DNA from: Sphaerodactylus townsendi
Lineage: Eukaryota
Assembly (NCBI RefSeq): GCF_021028975.2
Contig: NC_059426.1
Location: forward strand, 73,222,001-73,286,000
Reading direction: 5' to 3'
Length of the DNA: 64,000 nucleotides
In this document: positions 46,816 to 60,559 of the stretch, piece after piece
Numbering within the stretch: position 1 is the stretch's first letter
How the letters are laid out: every line of letters begins with the position of its first letter
Program-made: the position numbers and the translations under genes
The notes under the pieces: generated by a model
What the model saw: only the letters and a program-made list of their open reading frames with translations
The model's database searches: none
What the model was told of the DNA's origin: nothing

Positions 46816-49800
46816 GGCACCAGCCTTTGTTTTGATACTGTTGCATCGAGCCCGGCTTCAAGAAAGGATGTGTTTTTATACGTGTGTGAAATCCTCCTGT
46901 TCTTTCTGTGGTACTTCAGTTCTCTCAGACTCATCAATTTGGCACCTGATATTAAAGTTTTAATTTTCATTACCTGTAGTACCTATTCACCACAATTTTT
47001 TTCTTGACCTGACTTATCCTATGTGTGTTACATTTTTTTATCTCATCACAAAGTTGTATGACAGTTATATCCTCCCTCCAAAGTCTCTCATAGTATATGA
47101 ACTGCCAGTTGCTACCTTGCAGCCTGAAGTCGTGCCCAGAATCCTCAGGGGGCACAACTAATAATTGTTGTGCTTCCTTAACCAGTAGTCTTTTCCTGCA
47201 ATTTTGAGAGCACACTTTCTGCAGCTGTAGCCTTGCAAAATGGGTCCCAGCTAGATAGTGCAATCTACTGGGAGGGGGCAGTTTTGTGGCAGCTGGGGTG
47301 ACATAGTTATGCCACCACCAAAGATGATTGGGGAGGCACAGAGAAGTCATATAAATGAGAACATCAGCAAAACCCTGAAACTCACTATTGGTTTCCAATG
47401 TCTTACACCTACTCTTTGAATGGCATAAGTCACCAGCAGCCTTAGGGGTGTTCCTGGGCTGAAACCCTCTGGAAGCTGTCTAAAGTAGACTCCCCACCCA
47501 GGACCACACCAGAATGCCCCACCAGCACTGGCAAAGGCTTCTACAGCAAAAGAATGCTGAAATGGCAGCAGCTTCTGCAATTGGGCATCACAGAGTCGTG
47601 TGGCACTCTGCCATATTTGCTGCTGCCACTGGTAGTATATTTGCCCTTTGCCCCAGGATATGGGGCACTTACATCAGTACACTCTCCCCTCCCGTGGATT
47701 GCATTCTAAGGGTGACACATACATACAACTTTATGCATACATAGTAAGTAAATTGAGCTTTATCCATACATAATATGTAAATTGAGCTTTAAACATTTGC
47801 AGAAGCTCTTTTTAAACAAGTCACTTTAGAATTTCTGAGTAAATTGGAAGGATACCCCTTCACCACCTTTGCACTTTGCAGGAAGTTGATTGTCTATTTC
47901 CTCTCAATTTGGATACCATAATATTTAGTTCAGCTCAAACAATTGCAGCATTTGCAGGCCTTTTATATTGTATATATCCCAATTGTCCATAACAGCCATG
48001 TGCGTCTTTTAAAAAACCCTCACACTTCTTTGACTTCCCTTGCACAATATCAAATAACAGGAGGGACACACAAAAGAGGACATGGACACACTCACACTTA
48101 CCTGTTTGTCTCCCCCAGCCCATGAATCACCTAGCATTATGTACATGTTTCCTGATATTTCCATGTACATTATACAACATAGAAGGCTGGCAAGCATTAG
48201 TCCTGCTGAAGAGTGGAGCACCTATTAGAAGAAGAAAAGAAGGATCAGCAGCAGTAAGTTTTGAATGATCCAGGTTGGTATACCTGTGTGAGGAGCAGTT
48301 CAAGTCTGCAGTGTCATAAACCAGAGAATCCCATCTGATACATCATCAGTTCCTTTAAAAGTCCTCTGTGTGACAAAACATTGTCCGGACCAAAAGCATC
48401 TTAAAGTAGCATTATTTCTGTGCCAGCTAAAGACTCCCTTATACACAGATTCTTTTCTTGTTGATTAAACTGATCCTAATTGATCAGGAAAATCCACCCT
48501 AGTAGCACAGTACAGATTCTGATTGCACGCAGACTTTCTTTTTAGAATTGGGATGGCTGATTTGCTCGCTACCAGCCAGGGTTCACAAAAGAGACAACGC
48601 TTTGACAATGCAACACAAATAGAGGCTTCCTCCACTGGCATAAGTGAAACTGTAATCAGGGTTGAGACCTCTGTAGATTGGATCAGTAAGTACTGAACAT
48701 ATTGATCACTACAGTACATTCTTGTATACTGAAATGTATTGATGCTCTAGATAAAAGCATAACTGGGGGTGGGGAGGAGTGTGATATAGCTAGTGTGGCT
48801 ATTCAAGGTGCAGATAGCCAAGCTTATAAAGCAAATAGAAGATCTTTGTAAATAGTGTCTTATTTTGAGCTGCCTTGAGAATGTCTCTGGAGGAGTAGCA
48901 TATAAATTTTCTTAATAAATAAATACGTACATTCATAAATGGAAAAATCAAATATAAACCTGAAGATGGTGCTGGGAAAGAGATGAAAGAAAGACTTGCC
49001 ACAGTGAAAGAGGAGCCAGACGAACGAATCCTTTACTTCAACCACATTAAAATTTCAACATGTTATATAAAATATCTCAATCCTACTGTGAGTACCAGAA
49101 AATTTTGTTGTGTGCTTGTGGGGGAAAGTGCTAGAACTGCTAGATTTGAGTCCAGTAGTACCTTGGAGAACAACAAGATTGTTGGTATATAAGCTTTCAA
49201 GAGTCAAAACTGCCTTTGTTAGATACAGTTTTTAACAGAAACTTCTAGAACTGTTTGTGATTTCCAAAGGAAATCTGTGTACTTTGGTTTAAACTGCAGG
49301 CAAAATTACAAACAGGTAGTTAATTCTTTCAAAAAAAATTAAGACAGTACATTTCAACTTGGGAGGGAACTCCCCTCCCTGAACTACTGTGCATTATACA
49401 AAGAAACATGTCACACTTTTTATGTATACTCTTATGAAAACATTTGGTGACAGCAGTACAAGTGATGAATCATAAGATTTCTGCAGATCTCACTGCTGGT
49501 TTCCTGTCACACCCACAGGATTGCTGGCTTGCACCAGTGTTGCATCCCTCCGTCAGGCACGAAGGGGTCACATTTTCTTTATTTTCTGCCACGCTGTATT
49601 GCTACTGTGGCCTAATGCTGCTTTGAGCAAGCACTGCCTTTATGAGCCTAGCAAAAGGCCCTCAAGCCTTCTGTGGGATTAAATCATTGTGCTGCATTGC
49701 ACACATATTCCCTATGATCCTTTTTTGGCTGTCATTTGCATCATCAGTCATGCACATCACAAAGTCACCAAAGAGCTGGCTGTCCCTCTGCATCAATGTG

Positions 49801-50844
49801 AACAGCTAGGTGTGTGGCTGTAGTTGCTGAGCTCCTCGTGCTCATCTGAGGACCACAGATGTATGTCTTACATAAATGCTTCACCTGTCCTTCTCCTTTA
49901 CTGGCACCCATCATGGCCAAGTGAGCAGAAGGTAAGTATGCTGGTGTTGGGTTGTTCAGGGCCGGGTCTGAGAAACAAGGAGGGGGAAACAGCCACATTT
50001 TAGTGCAGAATTACTTGGTGTGGCATAGATATTATTTGACTCTATTCATACATCAAAACACAATAATCAGCTGGTAGGATATACAGCTGCATCCCCTGAC
50101 ATTCCCATATCAGTCAATTATGGTACAATCACCATCACAAAGCACAGAGCATGCATTACTAATTGACACTCAGCAAAACTGAACAATGGTATTTTGAAAT
50201 AAGCAGTGCACTGCATAATAATACACTTAAATAGAATTTCATTGCTGACCCTTGTTTGATATCCTTGGTTCCTATGGAACATACACCTGACTAAAGGATG
50301 CCAAAGGAGATGACAACTGACAGCCAATCTGCAGAGGAAGTCACATGGACAGATAGTTCTCTCAACCCCCCCCTCCCCCCAGAGCAATGGCTATACAACA
50401 GAATAGTTCTTATGCAAAACATGTGCACATGGCATACATGGAAAATCACCCCAACAGCTGCAAATTCTCTGTGGCCAGCTAAACGGGGATGTGCATTGTG
50501 AATTAACATGGTCCTCTGTGTACATCAGCAGCATTAATGCATAATGCTGAGCTTGATTTCACTGGGACAGGCAGTAATTGACCAGCTACATCAAATAAGA
50601 GGCAAAACATCACAGCAGTGAACTCAGCACCACATAACAAGGTGCATGCACAGATTGTTTGGAATCCTTTGCAGCTGTACAGCAGGAAGTGGTCAACCAA
50701 CCGCTTGAGTATCTGTAGCAATACTGCAGCATCACCACTCCCATCTTCCATGTCATTTTCATGGCAAAACCATTTTTAAAAATGGGATACCATAAATAAT
50801 CACATACAAACTCAATAAGATCCATAATAAGGATATTTTATAGG

Positions 50845-51305
50845 AATAATAGAATCATAGAGTTGGAAGAGACCACAGAGACCATTGAGTCCAACCTCCT
50901 GCCATGCAGGAATAGACAATCAAAGCACCCTTGACAGGTGGCCATCCAGCCTCTGTTTAAAAACTTTCCAAAGAAGGAGACCCCACCACGCTCTGAGGCA
51001 GGGTATTCCACTGTTGAACAGCCCATCCTGTCTTGAGGTGCTTTCTAATGTTTGGGTGGAATATCTTTTCCTGCACCTTGAATCCTTGTTGCAGTCTCTG
51101 GAGCAGTAGAAAACAAGCTTGCTCCATCTTCAGCATGACATCCCTTCAAATATTTAATGTCTATCATGTCACCCTTTAACCTTCTCTTCTTCAGACTAAA
51201 CATACCCATCTCCCTAGGATGCTCCTCATAGGACATGGAATCCAAAGACCTTTCACCATTTTGGTTGCCCTCCCCTATACCTGTCCCAACTTGTCAATAT
51301 CCTTG
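50845..51305 (-). mobile_element. CR1 LINE 3' end
   Basis: ORF 51045-51245 (SYEEHPREMGMFSLKKRRLKGDMI..KYLKGCH.EDGASLFS.APE) and tail 'atagaatcatagagttggaagagacc'. Confidence 0.92.
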
Positions 51306-52034
51306 TCAATAAACCTCTGAGGCCAATTATCCACTGCTGGCTGTTCTTGCCTTCACCCTGCTCTGGCATGAAAAGTCATGCCACAAGTGATCATGCATTC
51401 CCTGTGGAAAGCAAGAAGCATGCGTGGGACAAGAAGAAGTGCATTGGGATGAGAAATCTTGCCCTGACATGCCTCCTTTCTCAGTGCACTGCAAAGAGGA
51501 AACGCATCAGGAAAAGATTTCTTGCCTTGACGTGCTTCCAGTCCCACTGCGTGCCCCAGCTCCAGTGGGTAAACGGCTGGACATATTCTATGAAGCTGCT
51601 CATAACAAGGCCAAACTATATTGTTGTTGTTGGATTGTACCACACACTTGTCCACCTAATGTAATACGTTGGCACCACCTCACCAAGAAATAAATGATCC
51701 CTGACAGTCATTCCTTCAGGACTCTATTCAAGAGTAGCCTTGTTACAGTGATTTCTTCAGAGCTGCTTTTCCAAGATACCAAGGAGATCCAAAGGCTACT
51801 TTTGCCCACAAGATATACCACATCCTTGTGGTATTATGTTATATACATGATGGGAAATCCTCTTGTGGATCATTTTATGAGACATCGGAATAAAAAATTG
51901 GATTATCAGAAAAACACCAAATTATTATGTTATTGTGACAAACTTTTAAAATTAAAAATAGCAACCTATGTAGTTATTGCTACAAAATGTGTATGTTGCG
52001 CTTAACAGGAAGTAACAATGAAAAGGAAGGGAAA

Positions 52035-52350
52035 TGACAACAGACAAAAGGAAAGACTTCTTCACTCAAGGAGTGATTGGAATGTGAAATTTACTGCTGC
52101 AGGATGTAGTGGTGACTATTCATTTCATTGACTTTAAAAATGGATTAGAAAACTTCTTACAGGACAGCTTCATCAAAGGCTATTAGCCACTATGACTAAA
52201 TGCATTCTTTGTGTGTTCTGAATAATGGTGCTAAGTGAAATCAACAGCTGGATACTTCAGTGTTCATGCACTGGGAGTATCTGGCTGGTCACTGCGTAAA
52301 GCAATGCCAGACTAGGTATTGATCTGATCCAGAAGGGCTGCTGTTATGTG
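52035..52350 (+). mobile_element. CR1 LINE 3' end (old)
   Basis: 'acagacaaaaggaaagacttcttcactcaa...tttaaaaatggattaga...gatctgatccagaagggctgctgttatgt'. Confidence 0.8.
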
Positions 52351-53922
52351 AATGTCTGTTTATTTGTTCATTGCACTTGTATGGTGCTTTTCTCCCTGAA
52401 GGGATCCAAAAGTGCTCACAGAAAAATACAAATTTCTAAATAATACCATTAAACAAATAAACAAATCCTTGACTGATCCTGACTGGTGAGAAACACAGGG
52501 CCAGGCTGCCAGTCACAGGCTAACAGCCAAAGGCCGACAGTCCTTTGGCTTGTGTCCAAGGGCTCATACCTCTGACCATGACCAAGACTTAAATACCTGT
52601 AAGGAGAGGAAAGACAAACACCCCTGATAGAATTCAGCTGCTGCTAGATTGCTGCTAGCATGATTTTCCTCACCTCTCCTCTGCCGGTTCATTCTTGTAT
52701 CATGAACTGGAACATGATGCCACAAGCTGCTGCTAACTGCTACAGATAGCTGGGATGCATGAACAGTACGATCCTTTGCATGGCAAGCAACCCCTGGAAG
52801 GGACAATAATAGCATTAAAGCGGCGGGGGTGGGGGGAGGATTCCTTATGCTACATGCTTTTCAGTTTGTGCTTTTGCTTGTGACTCACCAGACGCGATAG
52901 CAACCACTACTGAAGTGCCCTTTAGACATTTTCATCTGCTCTTGCTTATCTGTCAATGACTGCTACACACCATGACCCAACGACCTCAACTTCCACCTAC
53001 AAGACAGGCAGAGCAATCCTGACGCCTGGGCTGGCCACTGCGGCTTGCCACAGCTCAGCTAAAGCGTTGCTGGTCTGCTCCCTGAGGGGACACTTTTGTG
53101 GTAGTCAGGGGAAAAGGAAAGTTTTAAATTCTTTTTAGTTTTTGCTGTCCGAGAAGGGAAGAAAGTGGCCTAAGGGTGCAGAAGGAGACACAGAAACCTC
53201 ATTGTGTAGGTAACATTTGGCTACAGTCATTTTTGTTGGTGTGCTGGCAAAAGTAAGCAGAGGTGCACCATAGGTGATGGATCCAGCATTGGGCAGCATG
53301 TCTGCTGCCCCCCAGTGACCACTGGGTGGCACATCTGTTGTCCCCCAGTAATAACTTTTCCCCAGACCAATGAATGGGGGAAAACACCAACGCCCGGAGC
53401 AGCAAGATAGTGGGAATTATCTGGGCGCTGGCCTCTGAATGAACTCCCCTTGCTGCCAGGGGGTGCGAGCCACCAGCAGCCCCCACCTGGGCGTTTGGTT
53501 CACTGGCTCACTCCACCCGCAGGCCTCTTATGGAGACCCCCACCAAATGGGGAAGGCTGGCACGCAGGCTCTCCTCCCAACCCGCAACCCACCAGACTGT
53601 GACAGATGAAATGCAAATAACAACAACAATCACTGTAACCAGAATGCAGCAACAAAAACCTCAGACCCATGAGGGGGAGAGGGCAGGAGAAGGCATTGGT
53701 GCTCGGGTGAGAAGGGGCACCGGATGGCCCGGCCTGCCATATAAGGCTGTGGCTCTGCCTCCTCCAGGCATGTCACTCACTTGCGCCAACAGCTGGGCAG
53801 CCCAGCCCCCTGCTGGGCTAGATGCCGGTGCTGAGTCTGCCCCTCTCCCTACCCCACCCCGGGCAGCAATGGCGGCCAAGGTAAATCTCAGCTGCGCTTT
53901 ACCGATGCTGCCACACTGGCAT

Positions 53923-53961
<39 letters not shown>
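53923..53961. repeat. (GCA)13 trinucleotide repeat
   Basis: Read directly; uninterrupted. Confidence 0.95.
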
Positions 53962-53963
<2 letters not shown>

Positions 53964-55185
53964 GTGCTGCGGCATGGAGTGGGAGTGCCATTGGCTCTCC
54001 ACTTTCCCACCCATCACCCAACACCCAAAGAGGCCATTCCCAACGTGCGCCCAATCTGTCTGCCCACCCGTGACTTGAGCCTTCCCATTCGTCTGCACTG
54101 CGGTTCAGCCCCTATACCACTGTCTTGTCTGCCCTGATTATACCTCATACCCTTCAGTAGCTCCAGGCACTGTTTGCACTGTCGGCTGAGGTCCATCAGT
54201 TCTGGGGCAGTCGGGCACCCCAAGGTCTGTCCACATAGAAGGACTACCATCATTTGGAAGAAGAGCTCAATCAGCTCCCCGGGCGGTTTTCAGCATCTGC
54301 AGGGCCAGGGAAGTTCATTATCTCCCCTCAATCCCCCCCCCCCCACAAGTCTGAGTAAATAAACACAGTTGTTCCCTTTACTTTGTTTCCCACTTTGGCC
54401 AACTATAAACTGGTGCTGTGCCCTGCGCTGAAGGGAGATTCTCTTCGGGGCAGAGCTTCTGTTTCAAATGCCTCCCCCACCCCCACTCACTGCATGGCAA
54501 ATCCCATAATCTCCGCTATTCATGAGAGTGAGTAAAGGGTGATCTTTTCTCCTGCTGTTCAGGGAAGATGAAACAAATGGTCCTGCATTATTTTTTGCTT
54601 TGGACTTTTTTTTTGCTCTACTCCACTTCCCCCTCTCTACTTCTAGCCTCCCTGATGATAGAGAAGACTTTGGAAAACTTGATTTCAACCAAGCATTTCT
54701 ACCATACCAGATCTATCAAAACAATACTAGTGCTAATACAGGAATATTGAAATAACAAACCTCTCTCTCGTCCCACGGCAGCAACAGTGACAGAAAGTGT
54801 GTGTTGGGGGGGGGGGGATGGGAGGGGGGATGGAGAGAAAATATCAGTTCTAGGACATGGTCCCCTTCAACAGCAGAATGTGTTGATTTACCACTTTCAT
54901 TTGAGGGGGGGGGTGAAATTATTTTTGGGAAAGGGCTATGATATCAATATAACAGCAACAACAGCAATTTTGGTATAACAGCAATTTAAAGGACTTTAAC
55001 AAAGCCAGCAATCTCGCAACTACCAGGCATGATGAGATGTGTCTTTAAGAGTGAACTGATGGGTGCAGTTAAGACAACCAGGAAAAGCAGTTAGAACTGA
55101 AACCTGAGAGAGTTCAGCAGGCAAGCTGCACAGCAGGCAGTGGGGTGCCTCCTCATGTGTAAACAGAAAAACACAAGGATATCCC

Positions 55186-55575
55186 CAGTGGTGGGATCCA
55201 AAAAATTTAGTAACAGGTTCCCATGGTGGTGGCATTCAAACTGTGGCGTAGCACCAATGGGGCTGGGCGGGGCACGACGGGGGCGTGATTGGGCATCCCG
55301 GGCGGGGCGTTCCTGGGTGGGGCTGTGGCAAGGACGCAGCCGCTGCGCCGGTCCTTGGGTGGGAAACGAATGCACGCAGGCGCAGGCTGCCACGCACGCC
55401 GGTGCACCTCCTGCTAGACTGCTTCAAGTTCTGTGCGCTACTGCTGAGAGGAGGGGTGTAACTAAGGCAAAAATCACGTGGCAAAATCACCAATTAGTAA
55501 CCCCCTCTTGGCACACACAAATAATTAGTAACCTACTCTCGAGAACCTGTGAGAACCTGCTGGATCCCACCTCTG
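55186..55575. mobile_element. Young hAT-type non-autonomous element, 390 bp
   Basis: TIRs cag(t/a)ggtgggatcca, perfect 8-bp TSD gatatccc (55178-55185 / 55576-55583), retained CpGs. Confidence 0.95.
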
Positions 55576-57932
55576 GATATCCCACTACAACCCCACTGTA
55601 CAACAAAGAGTCCTAAGGAAAGCATTCTATGGTCTTTATTGGCCTGCAGGGTCAATAGAACTTGGAACATCTGCTGTGCCTCTGCTTCCTTTTGCCAGCA
55701 CCTCTGCACCTCCTGAGCGAAAACAAGCATGACTCTCCTGGTGCTGCTTTCCATAAAGGTGGATGACCAAACACATTCCAAAGACAGCTCTGGCTGAAAT
55801 GGTGGGTCAGTGGCTGGAGGCAGAGCTTTCCTTGTTGGGTCATGATCTGCAGCAGACATAAACACATATAAGCACAATCACAATAATGGGCTGAGGAATA
55901 TAGAGCGGAGGTTGGGGAGCAGTCCCCAGCTTACTGCCAGTGCCCAACCACCCCATAATATCCTGACTGAGAAGCTGCAATACCTGCACAATTCTGACCT
56001 TCAGAAGTATGGGCCATGCTGTCTGGGTTTTTTAAAGGGCAGAGGTAGTGCCATGTGTTCCTAGTGAGGGGACTTGGCTGGCATCAGGGAGCCATCCCAT
56101 TGAATCCTCCCTTATTTGACATTTTTGAATCATATGGACACTGCTGTACCCTGGGGGCATTAGGAAAACTCACTTAATGGAGGGAATGATGGGCTGTGCC
56201 ACCATTTTTGATGGCACAACTTTGTACTGGCAAAAGGGGGCATTCCCAGTCGCAAAGGGCACAGGGAACCAACTAAGGTTTATCCTGCTCCCCTAACCTC
56301 CCCCTTTTACTCTGGTGCAGCACCCTGCACTGAAGATGTGCCCGCACACAATAAGAATTCTTGCACATCATGGAGACTGTGGTGAAGCTGGCAGGGAACA
56401 ATAGTCAACTTGCTTCATGAAGCAATGGGCAAAATGAGGCTTTCCCTGGGCTAACACCCCCCCCCACACACACACACACCTGCTTTTTTTTGTGAGCATC
56501 CCTAATGAGTTCTCAGAGGTTTCAGTGTTTTTGTAAGCAAATAAGTCACAACTATAGTTTACTTCCTAGTTAATTGTAGACTATCAATATTATTATGATA
56601 TAAAACAAATATTGTTTTTTTAATTCAAGGTAATTTTGATCTAATTACTTTTATGTTATAGTCAGTTTTGATAGAGACAACATAAACTCATCTGCAAACC
56701 CATCATTTTTATACAAAGCACTTCACTTTCTGCTGACATCTCTTGCTTTTCCTGAAGTCAGCACTCTCTACAGAAGAAAAGAATGAAAATAAACTGAAGC
56801 TATGATTTGTCTGTTTCCTAATTCATTCAGATGTATCTTTACACCAAAAACTGATTCACACACTCATTTAGGGGAGTAGTTTAAATGAGATAAGAGGTAG
56901 CTTTTGTTCATGAAGATATTACTGTATATATTACACAAACTCCAATGTCTCCACTTCCACAGTTCCACAGTCATAGGGTCACATGACACAAGTGTACAGA
57001 TTGATGACTTAACCTTTGACTTACACCTAAATGTGTGTTCTGACTCCACTCAAAATATTGCATTGGAGTAATATTATGTAATATGAATATTCTTTCTATT
57101 ATGGCTTCTGTATGTATGCATGCAAGTCACTACTTGATGCTGTAGCCGTCAAGTGAACAATATAGATTTGTGAAACAGCTATTTGTGAGTGAAGAATTTG
57201 CTGTGATGTGACAAATGGGCACATGGAAGGCCTCTCAGAAAATGTCATGATTATGCTCACATTTAACCCAAACTGACCCCCAAAAGTCCCATAAGCAAGT
57301 TTCCAACATATTTGGGCCCGATCTGTGTATCCTTACATTGTATCCCGAATTTTGACTGTGTTTTTTATTGCTTCCTTCAGTAACTATTTAGTTTTATCTC
57401 ACAGAAAGAAAAATGAAATGACAGATGTTGTTTCATACACAAGAAAACTGAGTCATGGGAGGATCTGGGGAAAAAATATGGATGCCTCTGGTAAGGTTTT
57501 GCTTTAAAATGACCTGACATTCAGAGATGCTGGGTGCCAGAACAGGAACTGCCTGAAGAAAGAAAAAGCTGTTTGGCTTCATGGATGCATCAAGTCACAA
57601 TGAATTTGTGGGGGATATTTTGTTTATTGTATGGGTTGGTTGGGCTTTGTGGGGATGTACATTTATTTAAGCTTAGATGTAAGAGAATTGGGTTCATGGG
57701 TACATCCTCATTCTAAAGCTAGACTTACTGGTTAGACTTGAGCAAGTCACTTAATTCTGACCTAATACTTCAATGCATTGTGGTAAAAATAAAACTGCGC
57801 CTGGAAGACAGCAAAGTGAATACATTCAGAGCAATTTAAGAGTTAGGTCTCTCTCTCTCTCTCTCTTGGAAAATTACTGTTCTCTGGCTTCCCCGTGTGC
57901 CGTATGTTTAAGTCTTCATGGAGTGTTACTAT

Positions 57933-58125
57933 CAGAGCGAGGGGAAACTACGCCCAGGGTGTACGCACACCCTGAGCCCCTGCTGCGGTGTTGCCCACCC
58001 CTGCCCCATCCCAGAAAACCCCCGCCATGCCCCTGCCATGCCCCCTCGATGACCCAGTCATGCCTCCACCGCTGCTCCGCCCAGGGCATTGCCCTCCACC
58101 CCACCCCGTGGGCGCTACACCACTG
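57933..58125. mobile_element. hAT-type MITE, 193 bp
   Basis: TSD gttactat / gctactat (7 of 8 match); right end gcgctacaccactg. Confidence 0.8.
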
Positions 58126-58589
58126 GCTACTATGGAGGTGTTTTTAATGTAACTGCATTGGAACACCCTTACAGTACACCCATGCAAGCTGCACCTCTTG
58201 CATAGACAGCTGTAATTTTGAACATTCATTTAGTAGCAACAATATGTTAGATATTGTTCTAAACATACTGGTGATGATGCTAGATATGGAAAACATAAAC
58301 CTAGGGAGGAGACAGCATTTGATGAAAGAAAAATCTGGGATGTGCAAAGATCAGATATAACACAGATCAGGGAAATCTATGGTGATCATGGAAAGATCAT
58401 TTCAGAATCTCTCTCTTCATCATTATCATCAGTATCATCAACATCATCTGCATGACTTGAAACACCACTTTATTCTTATAATATCACCAGTCTTTTGCTA
58501 TGGGATGGGAATTCGTTTTGGGTTTTTTTAAGGAGCACATTGACAAAATACTGATTGATAGATGGTTGTTGTTGGTGTTCTTCAGCTTT

Positions 58590-58990
58590 AGAGATGGCTG
58601 GAATGAGCCTGTAAGATTACATAAAAAGCAAATCAAATTACGCTTATGTGCTTCAACTCTTCTAGAGCAGAGCAGATCCAAATGTATCCCGAGAGGGCTA
58701 CAAATTAACAGGAAACTGGGGATGTTTCAAAACAATGAGGAATTTACGAACAGATGGTGTGTGATACTCAATAAGTGTTCCTTAGATTTAATTATTTTCA
58801 TTATTGATATAACTCATAAGAAAATTCAAGATGTGAAAGTAACAACTGACAAGAAAATGGTCAGTGGTAGGGGTACTTGAGATGAATTTGATCAGAAATT
58901 ATCTGTAGAGGAAACTGAATTACAGACATTTAATACAATTGTAAAGAAACAGAACATATTATGACAATTTGTCTATACAAGGAACATTCT
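58590..58990 (+). mobile_element. Penelope-like element (Neptune-type) N-terminal ORF fragment
   Basis: KCIPRGLQINRK...EEFTNRWCVILNKCSLDLIIFII resembles the 'IPRGLR...F..RW..ILNKCS.DL' motif recalled from vertebrate Penelope-like ORFs. Confidence 0.65.
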
Positions 58991-59059
58991 TTGTGTAAAA
59001 AGATGTGGGGGTGCTCGGGCAATTCATGTTTAATTGGGATACATCAAGGAATTGGATAT

Positions 59060-59225
59060 GTGTGTTGCTGTAAAATGTTGTCAAGTCACAGTCAACTTTT
59101 GGCAATTCCAAAAAGAGGCTTTCAAGGCGCGTGAGACTTCTGAAATCTTCCTTAGAGGTCTCCCTTCCAATAACTGAAACAGCTTAGCTTCTGATAGTTG
59201 ACTATACCATACTGCCTTCCCTCCC
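59060..59225 (-). mobile_element. Degraded SINE with RTE-type tail and a possible 5S-derived segment
   Basis: 'tgtcaagtcacagtcaacttttggcaa' tail and 'ggtctcccttccaataactga...gcttagcttctga', similar to the reverse complement of 5S internal promoter sequence. Confidence 0.45.
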
Positions 59226-60227
59226 AGAAATTAGGCTTAATACTAATTTTCTGTTACTTTTGAAGAAATGGATCAGATGCCTGTATCTTCATAAAAGATT
59301 CTGGCATCCGTGAACAGGAAAAGACCTAAGGAAAGGATGCCAAATCAACAGAAACCACAAAGTATGCAAAGTATGACTTTGGTCAATAAGATTTTGCCAA
59401 TAAGATTTTGCAAATCTTCAGCAGTTTCAGAAAACCTATTCCAATAAATCCAGGCATGCCTGCACATAGAATCTGTAATGAAAAAACATCTGGACCAATG
59501 CCTCAATCAGGTGTATAGAGCCTGGCTAAAATCTACAGTTAGATGGAGTTTTTCTGTACCTTCCTGACAGGAGCACAGATGGTATCACATTAAATCTAGC
59601 CCATGTAAATGTATGGCAGTATCTTGGAATTGTTAATATAGACAGGTAACATACACTGGTGTGGGATTATTGGAGCTAAATGAAATAGTAGGGGAGAGCA
59701 CACACTGTATACTTTACCCACTATTTATTGTGAATCAATGACCCTTTCCACATAAGTCCCCCCGTTTATCTGCACTCACCCCCTTGAAACAATTGTCCTA
59801 GTCTGTATCTTCCACATGACATCCCTTCAAATATTTAAACATGGCTATCATGTCATCCCTTAACCTTTTTCTCATTGGGCGGTAGACCTGTCCTCCACGT
59901 TCCCAATGCTTTTTCAGTGGGAGTCCTTTGAGCAACTGATTCTCTTACTTGTGTCTGTATATCTTCGAAGATAGCTTCTCAAAAATTAAAAAAAGGAAAA
60001 CTATATATTGCTGGAATTGGCATGACCAGCTGAATACAACTATATACTTTTTGGGTTGGAGCCCAGGATCGGAGCCTGTAGAGCAAATGTTCTGGGGCAA
60101 CCTTCAGCAAATGGCGACAGGGAGAATCTATTCAACAGCACACAAAATGTCAGGTGCAAGCTGAGGAGGAAATTGACCAGAGAGCTTAACGGTCATGTGA
60201 GAAACATAAGACACCTCCTGACCTCTG

Positions 60228-60355
60228 CATAGCCAGGCAGGGGACATAGCCAGGCAGGGGACATCTTGAAGTGCATAGCCAGGCAGGGGACATCTTGAAG
60301 TGCCTTAAGAAAAAAAAGGGGCACTTCAAAGGTGCACTTCAAAGTGCACTTTTCA
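60228..60355. repeat. Local iterative duplications
   Basis: catagccaggcagggga x3, catcttgaagtgc x2, and gcacttcaaag x2 (inverted relative to ttgaagtgc). Confidence 0.85.
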
Positions 60356-60559
60356 AAAATAGACACCTTGAACTGAAATAAGGTGTCTAGAGGACATCTT
60401 GGGGAAAAAGCTGCGCAGAGCGCCTTCCCAGGATGCCTTTTTAAAGCATTCCTAGGATGTCTTATTTAGACTATGGGGAAAGGACCAATGAAAGGACCAA
60501 AGAATTGGCTGCTTGATGGTTAGCTGGAATTCCTGCTCTTTGAAGCAATGTGTGGGAGG

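Noticed and set aside
53530-54098. Poly-alanine ORFs on both strands resembling a transcription factor
   Set aside because: Produced by the (GCA)13 microsatellite. There is no DNA-binding domain or supported exon structure.
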